From contig JBIOEJ010000010.1 of NCBI GenBank assembly GCA_044445965.1, positions 4,512-68,511 on the forward strand: 64,000 nucleotides of DNA. Reading direction: 5' to 3'. Positions 58,278-64,000 of this stretch are shown here, piece after piece (the first letter of the stretch is position 1; every line of letters begins with the position of its first letter). This DNA is from Hyphomicrobiales bacterium (GTDB lineage: Bacteria > Pseudomonadota > Alphaproteobacteria > Rhizobiales > Beijerinckiaceae). The position numbers were made by a program, and so were the translations under genes. The notes beneath the pieces were generated by a model. That model was not told the DNA's origin. It ran no database searches and saw only the letters and a list, made by a program, of their open reading frames with translations.

Positions 58278-59417
58278 CCTCTCCCCGATCGGTACATAGG
58301 CTCGCGGAGCCGGGCCGTCATAGAGCGTCAGCGGCCTGATCAGGATGTTGTTCGCCGCTTGCTCCAGGCATTGCACGGTCCAGCCCGGCACGCGCCCGAC
58401 GGCGAAGATCGGCACGAACAGGTCCTGCGCGATACCGTGCAGATAGTAGATGACGCCGGAATAGAAATCGACATTCACATTGACGCCATGACGCGCATAG
58501 GGCGCCATGGCCTTGACGACGCCTTGCAGGATGTCGAACCATTTCGGCTCCCCCATCTCCTTCGACAGGCGCTCGACGCCGTCGCGCATATGGCGCGCGC
58601 GGGGGTCCTCGGTGCGGTAGACCCGATGGCCGAATCCCGTGACCGCTTCCTTGTTGCGGCGCTTCCCGGCGACGTATTCGGCGGCCTTCCCGGGCTCGCC
58701 GATCTCCATCGCCATATTCATCACGTCCTCGGCCGCCCCGCCATGGGCAGGCCCCGAGAGCGCCGCGAGCGCCGCTGTCACGGCCGCATGCAAATCGGCA
58801 TCCGTGCCGATCACCACCCGCGCCGCGAAGGAGGAAGCGTTCGAGCCGTGCTCGGCATGCAGCACGAGATCGGTATCCATCAGCCTGGCCGAGTCGCCGC
58901 TCGGCCTCTCGCCCTTGAGCATCCACAGAAAATTCGCCGCATGGCCGAGCCCGGCATCGGGCGCGACGGGCGAAGCGCCATTGCGGATATGGTGATGGGC
59001 GCAGACGATCATCGGCACTTGCGAGGTCAGCCGCACGCCCTTGCGGATCGTCGCCGCCGGCGACTTGTCGGAGGTCTCCGGATCGAAGGCCGAAAGCGCG
59101 GAGACCGCCGTGCGCAGCACCTCCATCGGATGCGCGCCCTTGATCTTTCCGATGATGTCGAGGATCGCCTCGGGGAGCCGGCGCGCCGCCTTCAGCTCGT
59201 CCTCGAAGCGGGCGAGCTCCGCTCTGTCCGGCAACTCGCCATAGAGAAGCAAATAGGCCGTCTCCTCGAAACTCGAATGGACGGCGAGATCATGGATCGA
59301 ATAGCCGCGATAGCGAAGCTCGCCAGCCTTGCCATCGATGAAGCTCGTCCCCGAGCGCTCGAAATAGACATCCTTCAAGCCGCGATAGATCTTGATCGGC
59401 TGGTCCTGTTCGCTCAT
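58257..59417 (-). CDS. citrate synthase / 2-methylcitrate synthase family protein (short, ~386-aa type)
   Basis: GELRYRGYSIHDLA, HAEHGSNASSF and GFGHRVYRTEDPRA motifs. Confidence 0.9.
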   Translation of the reverse strand: MSEQDQPIKIYRGLKDVYFERSGTSFIDGKAGELRYRGYSIHDLAVHSSFEETAYLLLYGELPDRAELARFEDELKAARRLPEAILDIIGKIKGAHPMEVLRTAVSALSAFDPETSDKSPAATIRKGVRLTSQVPMIVCAHHHIRNGASPVAPDAGLGHAANFLWMLKGERPSGDSARLMDTDLVLHAEHGSNASSFAARVVIGTDADLHAAVTAALAALSGPAHGGAAEDVMNMAMEIGEPGKAAEYVAGKRRNKEAVTGFGHRVYRTEDPRARHMRDGVERLSKEMGEPKWFDILQGVVKAMAPYARHGVNVNVDFYSGVIYYLHGIAQDLFVPIFAVGRVPGWTVQCLEQAANNILIRPLTLYDGPAPRAYVPIGERRVAGSR

Positions 59418-59478
59418 GGCGTCTGGCGCTTTCTTCCGGCTGGGCTTTTCATGGATAGTATCGACGCGGTCCGCTCTT

Positions 59479-59527
59479 CGTCATGGCCGGGCCGGTTCTT
59501 GAGCAAAGAATCGGCCCGGCCATGACG
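59479..59527. repeat. 16-bp perfect inverted repeat CGTCATGGCCGGGCCG / CGGCCCGGCCATGACG (plus inner TTCTT/AAGAA)
   Basis: Arms at 59479-59494 and 59512-59527. Lies between the divergent citrate synthase and pta genes, 34 nt upstream of the pta ATG. Confidence 0.9.
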
Positions 59528-59560
59528 CGCTATACAGCCGTGACGCGCTACGGAGAACGC

Positions 59561-60559
59561 ATGGACATCGTCGAGGCCTTCAAGGAAGCGGCTCGCGGGA
59601 AGCCGCGCCGGATCGTGCTTCCCGAAGGCGGCGACGCGCGCATCCTCGCCGCGGCCGCGACCCTGGTGCGGGAGGGCATCGCCAAGCCCGTGCTGCTCGG
59701 CGACCCTGCGACGATCGCGGCGGAGGCCGAGCGGCAAGGCTTGCCGCTCGACGGCGTCGAGATCATCGATCCGGCGGCGAGCGAGCTTCTGCCGGCCTAT
59801 GCGGCAAGGCTCGTGGCTATCAGGGACAGGTTGACCGAGCCCATGGCGGCGCGCCTGTTGCGCAAGCCCCTCTATTTCGGCGGCATGATGGTCGCGGCAG
59901 GCGATGCGGCGGCCCTGATCGCCGGGGTCGCCAACCCGACCCGCAGGGTCATCGAGGCAGGCCTCATGACGGTCGGCCTCGCCGAGGGCATCGCCGACCC
60001 GTCGAGCTTCATGCTGATGCTGGCGCCCGGCGCGATCGGCGGCCCCAGAGCCTGCATCTACGCCGATTGCGCCGTCACCGTCGATCCGACGCCCGAGGAG
60101 CTCGCCGATATCGCCGTCGCGGCGGCGCGCCATGCCGGGCCGCTCCTTGGCGAGGAGCCGCGCCTGGCGCTGCTGTCCTTCTCCACCAAGGGCAGCGCCC
60201 AGCATCCCCGCGTGGACAAGGTCACGCGCGCCCTCGCCCTGATCCGCGAGCGCGAGCCCGAGCTCGCCGTCGACGGCGAGCTGCAGGTGGATGCGGCGCT
60301 TTCGCCGGCGGTCGCCGCCAGGAAGGTGAAGGGGGAGAGCAAGGTCGCCGGGCGCGCCAATGTGCTGATCTTTCCCGATCTCGATGCGGCCAATATCGGC
60401 TATAAGCTCACCCAATATATGGGCGGGGCGCGGGCGCTGGGGCCCTTCCTGCAAGGCTTCGCGAGGCCTGTGAGCGATCTCTCGCGCGGGGCGAGCGTCG
60501 AGGATATCGTCTCGACGGTCGCGGTGGTGCTGGCCATGGCGGGTGCAGAGCCCCGGTAG
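59561..60559 (+). CDS. pta: phosphate acetyltransferase (short Pta type)
   Basis: Start re-set to ATG 59561 (GGAGA upstream). [13 protein letters not shown]; C-terminal ANIGYKL...[10 protein letters not shown]. Confidence 0.9.
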   Translation: MDIVEAFKEAARGKPRRIVLPEGGDARILAAAATLVREGIAKPVLLGDPATIAAEAERQGLPLDGVEIIDPAASELLPAYAARLVAIRDRLTEPMAARLLRKPLYFGGMMVAAGDAAALIAGVANPTRRVIEAGLMTVGLAEGIADPSSFMLMLAPGAIGGPRACIYADCAVTVDPTPEELADIAVAAARHAGPLLGEEPRLALLSFSTKGSAQHPRVDKVTRALALIREREPELAVDGELQVDAALSPAVAARKVKGESKVAGRANVLIFPDLDAANIGYKLTQYMGGARALGPFLQGFARPVSDLSRGASVEDIVSTVAVVLAMAGAEPR

Positions 60560-60583
60560 AAATGGCTCGAAGCAATCCAAAGG

Positions 60584-60724
60584 CGTCACGGCCTGGCTTG
60601 GCCCGGCCATCCACGACTTCGGCAGGACCGCGGCAACGCAATCGAACATCCGCGAAGGTTCGGCCGAGCTCGGCTTCAGAGAAGATTCAAGGCTTGGATG
60701 GCCGGGCCAAGCCCGGCCATGACG
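60584..60724. repeat. two inverted copies of a 29-nt element (GGATGGCCGGGCCAAGCCCGGCCATGACG) flanking an 83-nt spacer
   Basis: The 60696-60724 copy contains a 10-bp self-hairpin. 60584-60612 is its reverse complement with 2 mismatches. It shares the CGTCATGGCCGGGC core with 59479. Confidence 0.85.
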
Positions 60725-60750
60725 AAGAGCCGCTCGAGGTCGAATCGCCG

Positions 60751-61566
60751 TCACAGAGCTGCCTTGAGGAGCACGATCACGGCGAGCGCAATCAAGAGCC
60801 GCAGCGTATTGCGCCGGAACTGTTCGGGGCTCGCTCTGAGAAAATGCCGGCTCCCGAGCCAAAGCCCGGCGACGAGAGCGGGGAGGCACAAAAGCGCGGT
60901 GACCAGCGCCAGCGACCCGAGCACGCCTTGCCGCGCCAGCAGCGAGCCCGTGACGATGTCGAGGGCGAAGAAATAGGCGATGAAGGAGGCGCGCATGGCG
61001 GCAGGCGCCATGGCGCTCGCGGCGAGGAAGAGCGCGACCGGCAGGCCGCCCATGGCGGTCGCGCCATTGACGAGCCCCGACACGCCGCCGACCGCCACTT
61101 GCCCAGCCGCACCGACCGGCCGCTTGAGCGTGTATCCGCCGAGCAGCGCGCCGCAGCACAAGAGCAGCAGGACCGCGATGAGGACGCGCAACCGGTCGGG
61201 GCTCGCGATGGTAAGCACCGCGACGCCGAAGGGCGTGCCGAGCGCGGCGCCGGCGAGCAGGAGCCCGACGCGCCGCCAGTCCACTTGCCGCCACACGCCC
61301 GCCGCTTGCAGGATGCTGGCGCTCACCTCGAGCAGCACCGTGACCGCGACCGGCAAGGAGGGCGGGGCCACGAGCGACCAGCTCGCTACCAAGAGCGCCG
61401 AGAAACCGAAGCCCGAATAGCCGCGCGCGAAGGACGCCACCAGCAGGCCGGCGATCATGACGGCGAGCGTCGGCGCCGTCAGCCACGGCGCGGCGCAGAG
61501 GCTGGCTGGGAGGAGGGACGGACACGGCATCAGGCGGCTAGCGAGCTGGTAGGACGCAACCGGCAT
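60751..61566 (-). CDS. tauE: sulfite exporter TauE/SafE family membrane protein
   Basis: Polytopic, Gly/Ala/Leu-rich DUF81-type sequence immediately downstream of xsc. An alternative ATG lies at 61530. Confidence 0.75.
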   Translation of the reverse strand: MPVASYQLASRLMPCPSLLPASLCAAPWLTAPTLAVMIAGLLVASFARGYSGFGFSALLVASWSLVAPPSLPVAVTVLLEVSASILQAAGVWRQVDWRRVGLLLAGAALGTPFGVAVLTIASPDRLRVLIAVLLLLCCGALLGGYTLKRPVGAAGQVAVGGVSGLVNGATAMGGLPVALFLAASAMAPAAMRASFIAYFFALDIVTGSLLARQGVLGSLALVTALLCLPALVAGLWLGSRHFLRASPEQFRRNTLRLLIALAVIVLLKAAL

Positions 61567-61633
61567 CGCCTATCCCACGTGGTGAGGAGGTGCATGCCAC
61601 GATCAGCGCTCGTCACCGCCACCGCCCTCGCCC

Positions 61634-63352
61634 TCACTCCACGCTGAGAGCCGCGTATTTCGGCAGCAGGCGCTTCGGCTTCTTCAGCGCATCGCGGCGG
61701 AAGGGATCGCCGAGCTCCTGCGTGACCATCACCTCGACGATCGTGCAATGATCGTTGGCGACGGCCTGGCGTAGCGCGTCGCCGAGCTTGTCGGGATGAT
61801 CGACCTTGATCCCCTTGGCGCCCATGGCCTCGGCAATTCCGGCGAAGCTCGGATTCTCCAGATTGGTGCCGACGAAGCGGTCGGCGTAATAATCGATCTG
61901 GTTCTTCTTCTCGGCGCCCCATTGGCCGTTGTTGAAGACGACCGCGATGGCCGGGATCTTCTCGCGCACGCAGGTAAGCGTCTCCTGCAGGCTCATGCCC
62001 CAGGCCCCGTCGCCCACATAGGCGATGGCCGGACGATCGGGCGCCGCGACCTTGGCGCCGACCGCGGTCGGGAAGGCATAGCCGCAATTGCCGAAGCTCA
62101 TGGCGGCGAAGAAGCTCGCTCCCCGCTCGAAGCGCAGATAACTGTTCGACACCGAGCAGATATTGCCGATATCGGTCGTCACCATGGCGTTGGCCGGCAT
62201 CGCCTTCTCGAGCTCGCGCAGGGCGCGGCGCGGGCTGATGGGCGAGCCGCCTTGCTGGCCCCATTTGTCGAGCTCGGCCTCCCAATCCTGTTTCTGCTTC
62301 TTGATCTCGGCGAGGCGCTGATCGCGATTGGCGCGCGCCGCCACCGCGACATTGCCGGTCTGCAGGCGGTTCATGATCTCGGCGGTCGCCGCCGGCGCAT
62401 CGCCGCACACGCCGACCGCGGCCTGCTTGACGAGGCCGATGCGGCGCGGATTGGATTCGATCTGGATGAGCTTGGCGGCCTTCGGCCAATAATCGAGGCC
62501 GTGCTGCGGCAAGGTGCCGAAGGGGCCGAGCCGCGTGCCGATCGCCAGCACCACATCGGCTTGCGCCAAGAGCTTCATCGCCGCCTTCGAGCCCTGATAG
62601 CCGATCGGACCGCACCAGAGCGCATGGCTCTTGGGGAAGGAGTCATTGTGCAGATAGGTGTTGATCACCGGGGCCGAGAGATATTCGGCAAGCTTCACGA
62701 CCTCGCCGACGCCGTCGGCCATGACCACTCCGCCGCCCGAGAGGATCACCGGGAATTTCGCGGAGGCGAGCAGCTTGACCGCGGCGTCGAGGCTCGCCGG
62801 CCCGCCGGCGCCGCGCTCGACCCGTATGGGCTTCGGGATGGTGGCGTCGAACTCGCCATAGAACAAGTCGCGCGGGATGTTGAACTGGGTCGGGCCACGC
62901 TCCAGCATGGCGTAGTCGAAGCAGCGCGACAGGAGCTCGGGGATGCGCGCCTGATTGGCGCAATGCACCTGGTATTTGGTGATCTTCTCGAAGAAGGGGA
63001 GCTGCTCGGTCTCCTGGAAGCCGCCGAGGCCTTGCGTGTTCGAGCCGGTCTCGGGCGTGATCATCACCACCGGCGAATGGGCCCAATAGGCGGCCGCGAT
63101 CGCGGTGACGAAATTGGTGATGCCGGGGCCGTTCTGGGCGACGCAGACGCCATGGCGGCCGCTGGCCCGGCTGAAGCCGTCGGCCATATGGCCCGCGCCC
63201 TGCTCATGGGCGACCGAGATGAAGCGGATGCCGGCCGCCTCGAACAGGTCGAGCGCGTCCATATAGGCCGAGCCGACAATGCCGAACACATGCGAGACGC
63301 CTTGCGCCGCCAGCGTTTCGACGAAGGCTTCGCTCGCGGACATCTTGGTCAT
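61634..63352 (-). CDS. xsc: sulfoacetaldehyde acetyltransferase (TPP enzyme)
   Basis: Start re-set to ATG 63352 (GGAGA 7 nt upstream). The N-terminus SASEAFVETLAAQGVSHVFGIVGSAYMDALDLF...GFSRASGRHGVCVAQNGPGITN resembles Xsc. TPP motif GDGAWGMS. Context includes tauE and pta. Confidence 0.75.
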   Translation of the reverse strand: MTKMSASEAFVETLAAQGVSHVFGIVGSAYMDALDLFEAAGIRFISVAHEQGAGHMADGFSRASGRHGVCVAQNGPGITNFVTAIAAAYWAHSPVVMITPETGSNTQGLGGFQETEQLPFFEKITKYQVHCANQARIPELLSRCFDYAMLERGPTQFNIPRDLFYGEFDATIPKPIRVERGAGGPASLDAAVKLLASAKFPVILSGGGVVMADGVGEVVKLAEYLSAPVINTYLHNDSFPKSHALWCGPIGYQGSKAAMKLLAQADVVLAIGTRLGPFGTLPQHGLDYWPKAAKLIQIESNPRRIGLVKQAAVGVCGDAPAATAEIMNRLQTGNVAVAARANRDQRLAEIKKQKQDWEAELDKWGQQGGSPISPRRALRELEKAMPANAMVTTDIGNICSVSNSYLRFERGASFFAAMSFGNCGYAFPTAVGAKVAAPDRPAIAYVGDGAWGMSLQETLTCVREKIPAIAVVFNNGQWGAEKKNQIDYYADRFVGTNLENPSFAGIAEAMGAKGIKVDHPDKLGDALRQAVANDHCTIVEVMVTQELGDPFRRDALKKPKRLLPKYAALSVE

Positions 63353-63564
63353 GGGAGGGTCTCCGGCTTTTTTCTGAGAGGATAGCGGGTCTTTGCACCA
63401 ATCGCTGGGGTTTCGCCACTGCGCCCGCGCATGACCGGTGCCGCCTTTCGGGCGTGGCTTCAGCCATAAGGCGCCACCGTAACGGTCGCCGGCCGCCGTG
63501 CCGTAGAGCCAGCGGCGCGTGATCCGTTGCGCCAGGGTCGAGCGCCCCCGCGCTCGCCCTGGCA

Positions 63565-64000
63565 TCACCCGCCCACGGCGCGCACCGCCAGGCCGAGCGC
63601 CGAGATGCCGGCCTCGACGCGCTCGCGCGCCACCGAGCCGAAGCCGAGGCGCAGATAATTGCGCGGCCGGTCATTGCCCATGAAGAACACTTCGCCGGGC
63701 TCGATCAGGACGCCGCGCTTCTCGGCCTCGACGGCGAGCGCCTGGCAATCGAGGGAGGGCGGACCCTCGAGCCAATAGCTCGAGGCGCCGGGGCCGCGCA
63801 GACGCCGGAAGCTCGGCAGATGGCGTTCGAGCGCCGGCTCGATGAGCGCCGCGCGCTCGTTCAGTGCCTGCGTGACCCGCCGCAGATGCGATTTGTAGTG
63901 GCCGAGCCCCAGGAACAGCTCCGCGGCGCGCTGGTTGTTGGAGGGCGGGTGGCGCAGCATCAGGCGCCTCAGCGCCCGCAGCTCGCGGGCGACCGGCGGG
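63565..64000 (-). CDS. MocR/GntR-type regulator or aminotransferase-fold protein, C-terminal part (TauR-like candidate); 5' end outside window
   Basis: The reading frame stays open to position 64000 (...PPVARELRALRRLMLRHPP...). The C-terminal class-I/II aminotransferase-fold segment ends 213 nt upstream of xsc. Confidence 0.55.
   Translation of the reverse strand, partial: PPVARELRALRRLMLRHPPSNNQRAAELFLGLGHYKSHLRRVTQALNERAALIEPALERHLPSFRRLRGPGASSYWLEGPPSLDCQALAVEAEKRGVLIEPGEVFFMGNDRPRNYLRLGFGSVARERVEAGISALGLAVRAVGG

Noticed and set aside
63400-63440. GCCACTG and GGTGC-like strings upstream of xsc that recall cobalamin-riboswitch fragments
   Set aside because: They are on the wrong strand relative to xsc, and the B12-box core and overall architecture are missing.

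Overview
High-GC (~65-70% by eye) chromosomal segment, most likely from an alphaproteobacterium of the order Hyphomicrobiales/Rhizobiales. That placement rests on a NepR-EcfG stress module, on gene content, and on several GC-rich palindromic intergenic repeat families. The window is densely coding (about 60 supported CDS) and is mostly core or housekeeping. Supported gene groups: ctpA-envC-like, rlmH-rsfS-nadD-proA, two acyl-CoA dehydrogenases, prmA, yacG, cobT/cobS with bolA and a J-protein, gpmA, dapB, hmgA, rpoN, trxA, an Lhr/PdeM repair pair, a complete-looking myo-inositol catabolic cluster (iolCDEB, iolG, iolI-like), a sugar ABC locus, and a C2-sulfonate locus (xsc-tauE, pta, plus a GMC dehydrogenase and a TRAP binding protein). 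I found no rRNA, tRNA, CRISPR array, transposase, integrase or recognisable defence system, and no large unexplained gap. The candidates most worth follow-up are modest. (1) A Tat-exported flavin amine-oxidase-family enzyme with its own downstream cytochrome c (NicA2/CycN-like logic). (2) A putative isethionate/sulfoacetaldehyde module with an orphan TRAP binding protein translationally coupled to a GMC dehydrogenase. (3) A candidate 6S RNA upstream of the 5-formyl-THF cyclo-ligase gene. (4) Several distinct short repeat or palindrome families, including heptamer-periodic arrays, a perfect 51-bp palindrome and an AT-rich double inverted repeat. (5) A few exported proteins of unknown function. 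All functional calls come from reading the supplied translations and from remembered family motifs. No database search was run. Many starts were re-chosen by eye, because the ORF track also uses GTG/TTG starts.
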